DNA of 64,000 bases from Eledone cirrhosa (Eukaryota). Each line of letters starts with the position of its first letter. The first letter of the stretch is position 1. The notes beneath the pieces are model-generated. The model made no database searches. It worked only from the letters and a program-made list of their open reading frames with translations, and was not told where the DNA came from. Positions 28,547 through 41,960 of the stretch are shown one piece after another. The stretch spans positions 48,546,001 through 48,610,000 of the forward strand of contig OZ024750.1 of the NCBI GenBank assembly GCA_964016885.1, in the 5' to 3' direction. The translations under genes were made by a program, and so were the position numbers.

Positions 28547-29189
28547 ATATGAAGAAAATATATATTTTTCATAGATGACCATGAGATAAGATATAATATT
28601 TTATATTGTAGATGTTATATGTAATAATGATCTTATCCACTCTGTGGGGAAACAACACTTCAGATCTATAACTGGAAACAACAAAACTGATCTGACATAC
28701 ATACAAATATACACACATACAAACACAAACACATATGGGCATACATACAACTTGTACATATGTAGACAGAAGTGTAGAATACGTGAAAAGATTCGTCAGT
28801 CGTTTCTGTAAATAATTGTTTATGCTATTGGCACAAGGCCAGCAATTATCGCAGTACATTAGTATATCGTGTAATTGTTCTTCATACATTTATTCCTTTT
28901 CCTTAAAATATGTATGTATATATATATATATAGATGTAGGAGGTGAGTTTTATTGTAGTACAATAAAGTAATGCAGATATGTTGATTTAAAACTGCACTA
29001 TCCACAAGTGTTTTTTAAACTTCATATCATGTCTTCCTATTTTATGTGATGAAAACACAAATATTATTGCATGATGATTTTTGTTTTTGAAATGAGCATA
29101 ATAAAATACATGGAACTCTTTTAACCATCTTTTGATCTTATATATATATATATATATATATTTCGTTTCTGACCCTCCCAAAGAGTAAC

Positions 29190-29520
<331 letters not shown>

Positions 29521-29529
29521 TATATATAT

Positions 29530-29790
29530 ATATTTATTAAAATAACAGATTAAAGTTTAAGCAAAGAATCGCTGCTTTCACCCTTAACGGGATCTTCTGA
29601 AACTACAAAGTCAATCTGTAAACGCAGAGCTGGATATTTCAAAAAACGTTGCAACCGGAGGAAGACAGGAAGACGATACTTTGGTTCGTGGTAACGTTCG
29701 CTGGCAAAGAACGGGAAAAAACGAATAATACGTCATTAATAGGAGCGGTGAAAAACAGATACGTGCAAGGACAAAACCAGGTTTATGTAT
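29530..29790 (-). mobile_element. Solo 3' end of the Naiad PLE family found at 56135-58810
   Basis: Nearly identical to 56141-56397; flanked by (TA)n. Confidence 0.75.
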
Positions 29791-29794
29791 ATAT

Positions 29795-30152
29795 ATATAC
29801 GATATTAACAAATGGAAACTATATTTATAAAACCATATTTATTTCATTATACATATTTCAAGGCTACCAAGTTAAATTATGGTATGCTTTCATCAGACAA
29901 AATACAATATATACCAGTTTTATAAATAAACATTGACGTACCCTTTCAAAATGCAACCGTTACTTTTGGAAGATATCAGGATAGTAACGGTTGCATTTTG
30001 AAAGGGTACGTCAATGTTTATTTATAAAACTGGTATATATTGTATTTTGTCTGATGAAGGTATACCATAATTTAACTTGGTATCCTTGAAATATGTATAA
30101 TGAAATAATTATGGTTTTATAAATATAGTTTCCATTTGTTAATATCGTATAT
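29795..30152. mobile_element. Fold-back HHR element (170 bp arms, 18 bp spacer)
   Basis: 29795-29964 is the reverse complement of 29983-30152; HHR in each arm. Confidence 0.78.
30043..30107 (+). ncRNA. Type I hammerhead ribozyme (mirror copy 29840-29904, minus)
   Basis: TATTTTGT-CTGATGA-AGGtATACCA..TGGTATCCTT-GAAA-TATGTA-TA-ATGAAATA. Confidence 0.75.
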
Positions 30153-30267
30153 CTACTCCAAATACTTGTCGAGTGCTTTATACCAGTTATAAAAATATTT
30201 GCTTGTTGTATCCCAACAATTTAAATAGAACTTTTGCATATATATCTATATATATATATATATATAT

Positions 30268-30468
30268 ATAGGTAGTACACTGGACGGTAATATCCGTAGT
30301 GGTAGAGCACTCAGTCCATGAGAAGTGGTTACACAACAGAAGTTCACCATACCAGGTACAATTGTTCTCGGTATGGTGAACTAAATGTTGTGTAATCACT
30401 TCTACCTAAATCGTCCCTTGGACTGAGTGTTCTACCACTACGGATATTACCTTCCAGTGTTCTACCAC

Positions 30469-30472
<4 letters not shown>
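30268..30472. mobile_element. Palindromic ~200 bp MITE inserted in (TA)n
   Basis: GGTAGTACACTGGACGGTAATATCCGTAGTGGTAGAGCACTCAGTCCA.. mirrored by ..TGGACTGAGTGTTCTACCACTACGGATATTACCTTCCAGTGTTCTACC. Partial copies at 19190 and 55965. Confidence 0.7.
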
Positions 30473-30507
<35 letters not shown>

Positions 30508-30508
30508 G

Positions 30509-31005
30509 TCGGGTCACTCTTGAGTGCTACTGGTAACATGTAACTCAGTACAACCTGTCGCAATGTCGGGTCGTCGGCGACTAAACATCAGCCCCACCAA
30601 GTTTACCCTGCAAGACAAAAAACAAAAAACAAAACCTCATTAGAGTCAACGGCCATCCAAAAGTGTGTAAATATGTATATACACATGTTCATATGTATGT
30701 ATATGTGAATATACATGGGTGCATGTGAATGTGTATGCACGGGGACATAGAAATAGTCGGGCTGGAGACCCGATCGCGCTGTTAAACCACTGGTAGTGAA
30801 AGAACCCTAGTCTTTGCAAGGGCATACTTCTAGAAAACAACTCAGGAAACTGGGACAACTCCGACATAAAACCTGCGGCTCAGTAGTTAGCGATGATGTT
30901 GATCTTTTCTTCTTTTCGGGTTATAGCTACTGTCGCTCAGAGAGTGGGGTTGTCTCAGTGCAGGGTCTTTCTTCACTTTAAAACATGTCTTCACGCACAT
31001 GCATT
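30509..31005 (+). repeat. GC-richer non-coding repeat, possibly a LINE (RTE) 5' UTR-derived element
   Basis: Composition shift directly after (TA)n; no ORF; family not identifiable from within the window. Confidence 0.3.
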
Positions 31006-31174
31006 GTACGGTAGAATCAAATAATTGTTTCTACTTTGGGCACAAGGCCAGCAATTACCTAGTGCATTACTGGTACTTTATATTATCGACATCAAATAAT
31101 AATTATTAATAATGATATATCGTGCAATGGCCATACTCAATAACGAGGGGGCAGCCATCATATATATATATATA

Positions 31175-31210
<36 letters not shown>

Positions 31211-31279
31211 TGTGTGTATATACATGTATATAAACACTCACAACCACACGTGTTCTCTCTCTCTTTCTCTCTATCTCTG

Positions 31280-31343
<64 letters not shown>

Positions 31344-31563
31344 TCTCTCTCTATCTTTCTCTCTCTCTGTCTCTGTCTCTCCCGGCATATGAATATAGGT
31401 GCAATTTTTTTATGTCGATACATATGCAGATCAAGCTATGTGTATGAACAGATACGCATTCAGACACGCATCCCCCACACACACAAACACACACACACAC
31501 ACAGACACACACACATACATACACACATATATATATATAAATATATGTATATGTATATATATG

Positions 31564-31619
<56 letters not shown>

Positions 31620-31695
31620 GGAAAATTTGAACAGGAACAAAACAGAGAGGCAGTACAACGAATGTTTATTAATTTCACGCTCTTGAGAGTGGGGT

Positions 31696-31745
<50 letters not shown>

Positions 31746-31789
31746 ATGTGTGTGTGTGTGTGTGTGTGAGTGTGTCAGAAATAATAACA

Positions 31790-32403
31790 CAATCGGTATA
31801 TGATATGGAAGGTATATATTAGGTTAACGCTTCATCAGAAGAAAGAGTGAGAAATAAAATAGATTGAGGGGCTGGGCGGGATGTAATTTGAAAAAAAACG
31901 TATTTAGATAAAAATAACAAGTCCCTTCATAATAGAAACAACGAGGAAGCTTTCGCTTAAATATGAAAAATATCTATTGAGTATCGATGTGTTACGTGTG
32001 TTTTGTAGAGGATTGGCTGAAGGTGTCCCATAGGAGTTGTGGACTCGGCTCTAGTATTGATCAGCTCCTCAGACTAGCGATGTGACAAAAGATATATTTT
32101 TGTGTGCTGAGCGTGTGTATATGCGGTGTATGTTCACCGGTATTCATGAGTGTATATGCGTGGGCGCGCGACAAGTAAGGATGTGTGTGTATGAGTGCGC
32201 GCGTGTTGGCGCGTTTGGGAATGTGTGTTGGTCAGTCAGAGACAGGAAGCAGTGGTTTGTGGAGTGTAACACGCATGGATGACCCGGCTGTATTATATAT
32301 TGTCGGTAAAGATATTTCATGTTTTTGTCAAAGATTTTTTTAAAAAGGGATCGGGGATGAGTAGATTATAATTGTAGGATGTATAGAATCAACAACATAG
32401 GCG

Positions 32404-32408
<5 letters not shown>
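31790..32408 (-). mobile_element. Very degenerate PLE 3' fragment
   Basis: HP..DPFLKKIF-like linker remnant at ~32330-32400; CTGATGA remnant at ~31832; resembles 19430-19620. Confidence 0.3.
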
Positions 32409-32467
<59 letters not shown>

Positions 32468-32499
32468 GATAGATAGATAGATAAAGATAGATAGATAAA

Positions 32500-32728
32500 T
32501 ATACACGGGTGTGTATGATTGTGTATAGAAGATTATATTAATAAGAGGAATTCCAACTTTGTCTGATTTACTCGTTTTATTTACAATTCTTTAAAATGTA
32601 TAATGGTATTATAATGAAATAGTATGGTAGAATATTAAATGTTAAGTGTTAATTGAACAAGTACTTTCATGCTTTCGAAATCTTCAGGTTCATAATGTGT
32701 GGTGACAGTCAAGTTTGCAATTTTCAAC
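32500..32728 (-). mobile_element. Small repeat with a stem-II-less HHR-like motif (copy at 55545-55918)
   Basis: Minus 32654-32692: TGAAC-CTGAAGA-tttc-GAAA-GCAT(gaaa)GTAC-TT-GTTCA. Confidence 0.55.
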
Positions 32729-32738
32729 TGTATATATA

Positions 32739-33345
32739 CTAGCCGAATTACCCGCGCCTTGCTGCGCTTCACACATTGTTTTGGGTATGAAAATGATGAC
32801 TGATTTTAAATCAGTGATATAACTTATGTAGAAGAACTCTGTATTTCAAAATTACTCAATGTAAAATGTAATGCATAAACATTTTTTTTGTAATATACCA
32901 AATCAAAATTACATTATTCAATCTTATTTTGTTTCTTGTAAATAATTTTTTTTTTTCAAAATATCAATTCAAAATTTCGGGAATAGGCATTATATCTTGT
33001 CATATATCTATGATTAATATTTCATATAAATCGAAGGGAAAACATTCTCAGCGGGGGTTTCTGCCTCCGGGGAATACTAAAAGGGGGTTTAACCCTCATT
33101 AGGGTATCTTAATAATATTGAAATTTGATTTAATTTTCTGAATAGGCATCATACTTTGTCATTTACCAATTGTTTAAATTTCATACTAATCCAAGGAAAA
33201 AGTTTTCATTAAAATGGCAGGAGCTCCACACACTTGTCAAGTTTCATCAATATCGGTTTGGTAGTTTTTGAGTTTTAGGTTCACAAACAAACAGACAGAA
33301 ATTGCCATTTATCTATCTATCTATCTATCTATATATCTATATATA
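32739..33345 (-). mobile_element. Non-autonomous Helitron
   Basis: Minus-strand 3' end has a GCGC-agcaag-GCGC hairpin, then CTAG|T. Internal AAATTTCAT repeats and ACAAACAAACAGACAG typical of Lep1-like Helitrons. Confidence 0.6.
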
Positions 33346-33351
33346 TATATA

Positions 33352-33940
33352 TAACAAGTAGGATTTCGCTTCAATCATAGCTCTATACAATATGTATAAA
33401 TAGTTGGTATCTCCAAATAAATACACTTTTAGGAAACCGTAGCTATGTAAACACCGGGGGGAGAGGTGCTTACGCCATCTGGTGATGTTCAGCAGAAGCA
33501 AGGGGGGGCAACCGTCTATGCATTTCAGGCTTAAATGGCCTTCGTCAGGACGGTCCCTCCGACCGCTTGCGACTGCTGGACTAGAAGACAGCTGAGAATA
33601 TATACTTTTCTCGTCTGTGTAAATGAGGTGATTAATCTCATTTACATATGAACCTGCATAAGTTGGCTCAACTTAAAATAAAAAAGGAATAGGATTTCGC
33701 TTCAAGCATAACTTTATACAATATGTATACATATTTTGTATCTCCAAAGAAATACAGTTTTAGGAAGCCGATGCTATGCAAACACCGGGGTGCTAACGCT
33801 CTCTGGTGATGTCCAGCAGAAGCAAGGGGGAGAACTGTCTATACATTTCAGGCTTAACTGGCCTCAGTCAGGACGGTCCCTGCCACCGCTTGCGACTGCT
33901 GGACTAGAATACATCTGAGAATATATACTTATCTCGTATA
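33352..33940 (-). mobile_element. Tandem retrozyme-like repeat (~325 bp period, ~1.8 units), one HHR per unit
   Basis: 33359-33613 is repeated at 33690-33937; HHR at 33511-33554 and a mutated copy at 33834-33877. Confidence 0.78.
33511..33554 (-). ncRNA. Type I hammerhead ribozyme
   Basis: ACCGTC-CTGACGA-AGGC(catttaa)GCCT-GAAA-TGCA-TA-GACGGT. Confidence 0.85.
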
Positions 33941-34261
33941 CATATATAGGAAAAAGTATGTCCCCGACGGCAGAGCTCAAGCCGTTAAGACGGGTATTTC
34001 TGGGCCCATCGGGGTCATTATTTTTCCTATTTCCCACTCTACTACCCTAAGTACTGAATACTCTGGTGCGTTATGGTCCATCTGGTTCCTCACCACAATT
34101 CCTTTGTTATATATATATATATATATATATGTAGATAAATCTACCAAAAGTTTACGGTAGTGTCCAATCCGTATGAAGAACTCAATGTAATCCGGATATC
34201 ATGGAAAGAAGAGATGCATTCAAAAATCACTTTCGGTGAAAGATAAACGGAATACAGAGTC

Positions 34262-34504
34262 AAGATAAAATATTAAAAAAATAATGAATAAAACAAAGAA
34301 ACAGTTCCTTATATTAAACAAAAAAAGTTCATTATTTAACGAACGTTTCTAGGACATGTATGTGTTAGAATTGGCATGCATATTCAAATATTGAATATGC
34401 ATGCCAATTCTAACTCATATATGTCCTAGAAACGATCGTTAAATAATGAACTTTTTTTGTTTAATATAAGGAACTGTTTCTTTGTTTTATTCATTATTTT
34501 TCTA

Positions 34505-34514
<10 letters not shown>
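34262..34514. repeat. Near-perfect 125 bp-arm fold-back ending in (TA)n; carries the 3' half of an HHR-like motif
   Basis: Arms 34262-34386 / 34391-34514; GAAA-CGATCG-TT at 34429-34440. Confidence 0.75.
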
Positions 34515-34557
<43 letters not shown>

Positions 34558-34561
<4 letters not shown>

Positions 34562-35402
34562 GATGTAAAATAAGAAAGTAAAAAAAATTAACTTACTTAC
34601 TAAAATTTCACTCCAACTAATTAGTCTCTGAAAGGGAATAAACATGGTTTCCAAATGGGAAACATGGAGAAGTCATTTCGTTATCGGGAAGTCGTTCTCA
34701 GCTAAGCTCCCAGGCGATGCGTGGACACAGGGAACTTATACAAAAAAATTCAGTGGATGGAAAAAAGCAAGCGTGGACTAAATTCCAAGACATTGAAAAA
34801 ATCACTTCCTACTTGGTCGGTGGCAAATTCAAAAGAATCGATCACGTGACATCGAGGTTAATCAGTGAGGAGTGGGGTGTTAAAAAGACAGTAGCCAAGC
34901 TATTACTATAGTAGCAGTTTTGGCAAATGTTTACTCAAAAAAATAATTTGGAGATAATTATAAGGAATTAGTATATCTACCAACATATATATATACAGAT
35001 GCATACCTATGCTAGCAAATATATAGGTTTTGTCTTAGTAACTTTGCGGTTCAATGCAAGGGAATGCAGAACAATTATATGAAATACGTAAAATGTCTTG
35101 AAATTTAGTCCACGCTTGCTTTTTTCCATCCACTGAATTATTATTATCTTAGCTGAGAACGACTTCCTGATAACGAAATGGCTTCTCCATGATTTCCATT
35201 TGGAAACCATGTTTATTCCCTTTCAGAAACTAATTAGTTGGAGTTAAATTTTAGTAAGTAAGTTAATTTTTATAATTTTCTTATTTTACGTCTGTCATAT
35301 AATTGTTCTGCATCCCCTTGCATTGAACCACACAGTCACTAAGACAACACCTATATATTTGCTAGCATAGGTATGCATCTGTATATATATATATGTTGGT
35401 AG

Positions 35403-35406
<4 letters not shown>
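34558..35406. repeat. Element with two interleaved inverted duplications, between (TA)n tracts
   Basis: 34560-34792 vs 35095-35294; 34972-35028 vs 35351-35406. Confidence 0.7.
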
Positions 35407-35437
<31 letters not shown>

Positions 35438-37500
35438 GTGTATCAAATGAAAACTCTGAATGTATATATAGATCTTCACCCGTATATATAAATATATGTG
35501 CAAACAGAATACCCGGCATTGCTCAGGCACAGTCAGTTATAGAGAAGAATTATTCTTAATATTACACTGTTAGCTGCAAGTTAATTTCCTTGTACGAAGT
35601 GAAATATATATGTTGTTGTATGTGTAGCAATATAGACTTGTGGTTCTTTTCATGCGCAAGGTAACGATATAATATCAACCTTGTCAACAGTATATATATT
35701 ATTGATAAACAAGGTGGCATATGTGATACAGTGTAGAAATTGTAGATCAAGTGAGATATTAATGGTAATTCATTGAATAAAACTTCTGTTTTGGCATATT
35801 ATAGATCGTGTTCAGAATTTGCAATGATTTCTGGGCTGTCGGAGGATAGCAAATTCTTTATATGTATAAACATTTTGTACAAAATTTAATGGAATCAATA
35901 AGGTCGTATTATTATGTCATTAAACATACTTGTAATAGCAGAATAGGCCTGGTGGGGAGAAGGTCTCCGTCAGGTGTAAACATTCCCAAGATACTATGTA
36001 TATCAAAATGGCAGCTCGACGACTCCCACAGTAGGAGAATAAATTTGAAAACGGATACTTTGAATAATATCTGGAGACATTTGAAACAAAGTGTACAAAC
36101 GTATGCAGAACGTGCGACAAGAATGTTCTACATTATATTGACATTTATTGATTCTGCATTTTACACACGGTTACTTTCACATGTATATTTGTATATATTA
36201 CCTTCATAATGACAAATTCATGAAAGCCGCTAGGAAAAAAAATCATATTTTTGTTGATCGCAATACCTCAAAATTAATGTGTTGAATAGGTTGTGCTGGC
36301 GTGACAATGCAATATGTTTTATATTTAATATAATAATCCGGAATGAGAAATAATATATAAACATGAAAACCCCTTGCAGTCTCATCGTTTCAATGTAATT
36401 TACTTCCAGCACACTATGATTTCAATATAAAATATTTGTACTCATAAATGAAAAACACGAGAAGTCAAAAATACTCATACTACACATAAATATTTGATAC
36501 ATTAAAATTTAAAATCTAAATTGTAGGAAATATATTTCCCTGAAGATTCACCTTAATTTGAATGGAAGTAATGTACTTATTTTCATTTCTGAATTTCTTA
36601 CTTCACACACTTACAATAGCTGCATTTATTTCTCGTATAGACACGGTAATGATGCAAAAAAGTGAATGTGTAAAATGAGCATGATTCAGGATAAATGCAC
36701 CATCAGATTTATTTTCTAAAACCTTTCTTAATTTTGTCAGGTCAGAACTAAAAATATTGGTTCTGGAATAATTTGAATTGTCAATATTTTTTCCCTTTCG
36801 GAAAGCACATTTCTATACTACGCTGGCTCGTGTGATTTTAACGATATTGATAGAGTGGGTGACGTTGAAGGCGAAAAAAATATTGCTGCTTAGCTTTCAA
36901 ATGATATTTACCATAACGTTATTCCCTAACTCCGATAATAGCCAGGGGAGTGCAGTAGAGTTGAAGAAAAGAATAACAAGAAAAGTTTAAAAATATATAA
37001 AAATGATATAGATTTATTTCAATTATTACAATTTCAGCAGCTCGTGAACATATGACTGTCCTAGATAATTTTAATAATTATGATGATAACATTAATGGTA
37101 ATAATTCGGGACAGCTCTGCAAGCACAATAATACCCCAACACGTTCGATTAAAAAAAGAAAACTAGAAATTCCATTGCGGCTGAAATAAATGTTGACAGG
37201 TTGGTATTCTTAACATTCAACATGTTTTACCCCCATTGACCCCGCAGCATTTCCACGTTGCTAGTTCAAAACAATAGGAGAGTGAAGAGTTTTTACTGAG
37301 CTGTCAAGCAAAATTATTGCCTTTATTTTGTTTGTTTTTAATTCGTACCAGTAGCTTGTCCTCTCTGCAAACTTGCACTGGCAGATTGACATTTCTAATT
37401 ATCGTATTCGCGTAATATGTGATATATATATATATATATATATATATGTATTTGAATGAACATACTTTCATATATATATACACATATATATATATATATT

Positions 37501-37585
<85 letters not shown>

Positions 37586-37948
37586 TGTAATACTTTGGGA
37601 GGCTCATATTGCTGTAATTTTGCCAGAAATAACAACAGAACACACTCACTGTTTGGTTGGTTTCCGCTTCTGTATCTTTTATATCTTCACATATATATAT
37701 ATATATATATACGTCGATGACATCTTTGAAAGCTTTTCGATATGAAATCGTGTGTTTAGACAAATATTGTTATATTTGGGCAGGCTCTTAGTTTTATAAT
37801 ATTCCCAGAAATATATAATTAAATGCACTCTCTGTTTGGTTAGGATAGGTTTTCGCTTCCGTATATTTTATATCACTATAGTTAATTTAGCTGGCAATCA
37901 ATGTTTATTATTGACCAACCGTTAAATATATATATATATAAATATATA

Positions 37949-38128
37949 TTAGAAAGGGAGGTTTGTTTTACAAACTGAAAAATAACCGAGGTGTCCTACA
38001 CGAGTGAAAGTATAAAGAAAACAAGATGAAATCGAAATTGCAACTGGAGTCTTATTTTTTTTTTAATATATATATTTATTTGGTTCCTTTACTGGTTTCG
38101 CAGTTCTTCTGCTTTTCAAAGGTAGAGA
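37949..38128 (-). mobile_element. Neptune-PLE 3' end with U3:A8 HHR
   Basis: Homologous to 45085-45260. Confidence 0.72.
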
Positions 38129-38191
38129 GTATATCAAATTTATTTCATCACACACATAAGGCATCATCAGTGGGATTATTATGTTTGCTAC

Positions 38192-38380
38192 TGGTGGATT
38201 GGCAGTATCAGTAGAGGGTCGGACGCCATGCTTTCCCACATAGTTACGTCCCTTCACGATCTGAATTCAAAACCCGCCGAGGTTGACGTTGCTTTTCAAC
38301 CTTACGGGGTCGATAAAATAAAGTACCAGTAATCCACTGGGCAATAGCTGGCCTTTTGCCTAAAGTAGAAACAATTATTA
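38192..38380 (+). mobile_element. MetaSINE, full length
   Basis: Same head and core. Confidence 0.8.
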
Positions 38381-38974
38381 TGTTTGCTCCTGTTGTATTA
38401 TAATGTATATTCTTTTTTTTGTAAATGTAATTGTGTATTAATTTATTTTGTCACTCTTTGCACATGCCTGCGTGTGCGTTTTCTGTTTGGTCTGTGTTCG
38501 TGTTTGAGTCGTGTGTGTTTATATTCTATCTTTGTTAACTCATGTGTGTTTATGTGTAATTGTTGTTATTGTACATGTGTATGTTTATTTATATATATCT
38601 TGGATCACTATTGTGTTTGTCTATAGTTTTGTTCTTTTTATTCCATTCATTTTTTTTCTGTGCAACTTGGGTTTTCTTAGTTCTAGTTCAGTTGTTTCTC
38701 TAAATCGTCTGCATGTTGAGTCATTCATATTTGTAGAAATTACTTTAATTTCTATACAATCGTGTCTTAGTCTGGCGTGGTCTTATAGTATTGAACCTAC
38801 TTTTTTCTCTTCATTTTCACCCCAGTTTTGGTCCCTCCTGTTGTTGTGATGCTTCTGCAGAAACAGCAATGACACACATTGGAGAGACAGCTCAGAGCAT
38901 TGGGGAGAGAATAATGCAAAAGTGGGGTCAACTAAAGAGGCCGAAATACGCTCAGTACTCTATGAACACGCCAG

Positions 38975-40560
38975 TCTAAGACGAATTTTCTTCCTGCCAA
39001 TCGTGAATACGCTGCCAGACCGACATTACAAGCCAATCCTCTTCATGAAAAGGAGAGGTGACAGCACGTAACCTTGACGGAGTCTGACTCCCATATTGAA
39101 TGATTTTGATGAAGCACTGTTTATCCTTGCACATATACTCAGGCCATCGTAGAGAGAGATAAGGGCAGCAAAAATATGATCTATACTCCTCACAAGCTTC
39201 CAAATCATGCTTTTTTGAATATACCATTTGGCATTATTCCCAGGATTCCTCGAGAGCCTGCCGCAGTCTGATTCTTTGGTTTGCTGTGCTACTTCCGGGG
39301 CGACTATCGCACTGTTCAAGGCCTAGATTTGACTCGACAATCTCCCTGCATCTCTTTGCCAGACACTTAGCATAGACTTTACTGGGGAGACTTATGAAAG
39401 TATTCTTCTCTAATCGGAACGATCTCTCTGGTCCCCATTTTTGAAAATTGTGATTATAACATCCGATTGCCACCCGGTACCCACGAGTCAGTCAGATAAT
39501 ACTTTCTCTATTTACTTCTTTTTAACATTACGGGTCAAATTGCATCTTCCTCAGAGGCCATGTCGCATTTGCGCTCTTTTACTGTGATCAGCAAGGAGAT
39601 CAGCAAAATATACTCTCCATCTTGCTATGATGTAAACCCTGCAGAAAAGAATTCCCCAGACGCATTCCAGATAGTAGCTACTGAAGCCAAGATTTGTAGC
39701 CCTCCACTTTCGCTCGCATGTCATCTTTGACCTCTTAATTGAACCAAGGGCCCCTCCTGCTTTACGGTGCCACACCAAGCCTCTTTTCCCTACATCATTC
39801 AACAGCTGGCGCAATAACTGCTGACTTGAACAAGCTCCACTCTGTTCAACGACCTCCGGCTGCTTAGGGAAATCAATAAATTTCGATGCAATAATATCTG
39901 CCTACCTGGTCCTGAATTCTTTACCCATCAACGCTTCCCACTTTCTACTGTATGTCGCGCTGGACCTATCAGTTTTATGGGCTTCTTCAGCTCTATGCAG
40001 TTTCAAGTTGCACATAACTAGATGGTGATCAGTTGACAGCTCAGCCTCTCTTTGAGCACGTAATTCTAGCACATAATCAAAGAAAATAGAGACAATAACA
40101 AAATCAATTATTGATCGCTGTCCCCGATTCTCCTCATACCATGTATATTTATGGATGTTTCCATGCTTAAAGAGGGTGTTCATAAGTGAGAGTCCATTAC
40201 TAGCACATACATCTAATAAGGCCTCTCCATTCGGATTTAGATCTGGGTCGCCATTCTCTCCAAACATTCCTTTCCATATCAGATGTTCAATATCAACATA
40301 TGCACTAAAGTCTCCCATGATGATATATGTCTCAGTCGTACTTACATCTAACGATGTAGTGATATTATCGGAATCCTTGCGTGGTGCATAAAATTGCACC
40401 ACCCCCAGAGACCTATCTTTGAGCCTAGGCTACATGGCAAATCTTCCCTCCTATTGGGATCCATGCAATAACACATATATGTCTAAAACTGAATGCATCC
40501 CTTCTTGACGAACGAAAGGGAAGATGCGGTATGGTTCATTTAATACTATAGCCATATTGC
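38975..40560 (-). mobile_element. RTE LINE fragment: APE endonuclease plus N-terminal RT, degenerate
   Basis: VQFYAP..IIMGDFSA..NPNGEALLDVCASNGLSLMNTLFKH..SIIDFV..LSTDHHLV; SLPSKVYAKCL; GVRLRQGYVLSPLLF. Confidence 0.85.
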
Positions 40561-40879
40561 AATTTTAGTCTCCGTGGTCATATTCGAGCCAGTCCCTAAT
40601 ATATTACATTGCCAATCCCGTAAAGAAAATGCTTTTACAGAAGGGGATTTTAATCGCCTCATCATAGTTACGTCACTGGGTTTTGAGGGAATACTTGGGA
40701 GTTATACGTGCCACCATTGCGTCATCTCCCTTAGTGTTTTACTGCTGTTGATCCTGAGTTGCTTATTCGTCCGCCAGATGCCCGCTTATATCGCAAAAAC
40801 AATCGTGTCTAGTGCCCTTATCGCTATATGCCACCTACGACCCTTTCTCTACTATAACAGCTCTGCCAAGAATGTAAGC

Positions 40880-41542
40880 CACTCGTCATTTTAAGAAACA
40901 TGCGCGGTGCACTCCAACTGTGAATGGAGTTAAACTGAAGCAGGTGGAGACGTTTCGGTATCTAAGAGCCTTGTTGACGAGTTATGGAAGGCAGGAGGCT
41001 AAATTAAGTACAACAATTGAAGGAACTGATGTACAAATGTAATAACTTCAGCATTCAGTAATCAGAAGGAGAGAGGTATGTGTAAAAGCCAATATAGCTA
41101 TATTCAATTCAGTATTCGTGACACTCTTACATGTGGCCATAACCGAATGAAGTCGATCACGAATACAAACGGCCGATATGGAGTTACTCTTAAGTGTCTT
41201 TGAATTAACGCTACATCATAGAATACGTAGCTCAGAAATTAGAGATTCACTCCAGGTAAAGCCGCAAATTCTCCGTATTGAAAGATCACAGTTGCAATGC
41301 TACGGGGAAACTTCGCTGGACAGATGTTATGGGTAAAATGAAGCGGCGGGTTAGATAACTTCTATGAGTTTGGCTGGTCTCGCTGGGGAATCCATCTGGA
41401 TCAATTGGAGACTGTTACTTCTGACAGGAACCGTTGAAAGGTGTGTTTGAGGAATATGGCCCCATGACCCAAGAAGAAGAAGAAGAAGAAGAAGAAGAAG
41501 AAGAAGAAGAAGAAGAAGAAGAAGAAGAAGAAGAAGAAGAAG
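40880..41542 (+). mobile_element. RTE LINE 3' fragment with (AAG)n tail (41471-41542)
   Basis: VNGVKLKQVETFRYL..RIQTADME..RIRSSEIRDSLQV..RIERSQLQ. Same family as 23943-24440. Confidence 0.75.
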
Positions 41543-41546
41543 ATAT

Positions 41547-41960
41547 ATACAATATAGTGAGGAGAATACACGAAAGCATGTGTTTTCAATAATAGCTGGA
41601 ATAAGGACACTAGAGTGAACAACATAAAAACTACGAAAGGTATGAGAAATACATTATAATTAAAGAGAGAAATTAAAATGCATAAACACATCTTAATATT
41701 AGTGTGGGGCATATCCTCTGTAAACCTGCTGAAGATCCGTGAAGCGATATAATTATTACAATGTGTATTGTGAAACATTCTCTCTGAGTCTGTACACGTG
41801 TTCTATAGTTATACAGGTGGTTTTATGCATTTTAATTTATATATATAATTGTAATGTATATCCCATACCTTTCGTGGTTTTACTGTTATTCCCTCTAATC
41901 GTCTCATACGCCGTGTAATTCAGAACACACTCTATCGTGTATTCCCCTCTCTATATTGTA
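41547..41960. repeat. Diverged fold-back repeat (arms 41547-41692 / 41815-41960)
   Basis: ACGAAAGGTATG..AATTAAAATGCATAAA mirrored by TTTATGCATTTTAATT..CATACCTTTCGT. Confidence 0.6.

Noticed and set aside
35495-36500. Decayed Helitron helicase C-terminus and 3' hairpin on the minus strand
   Set aside because: Only a faint resemblance and no clear CTRR end.
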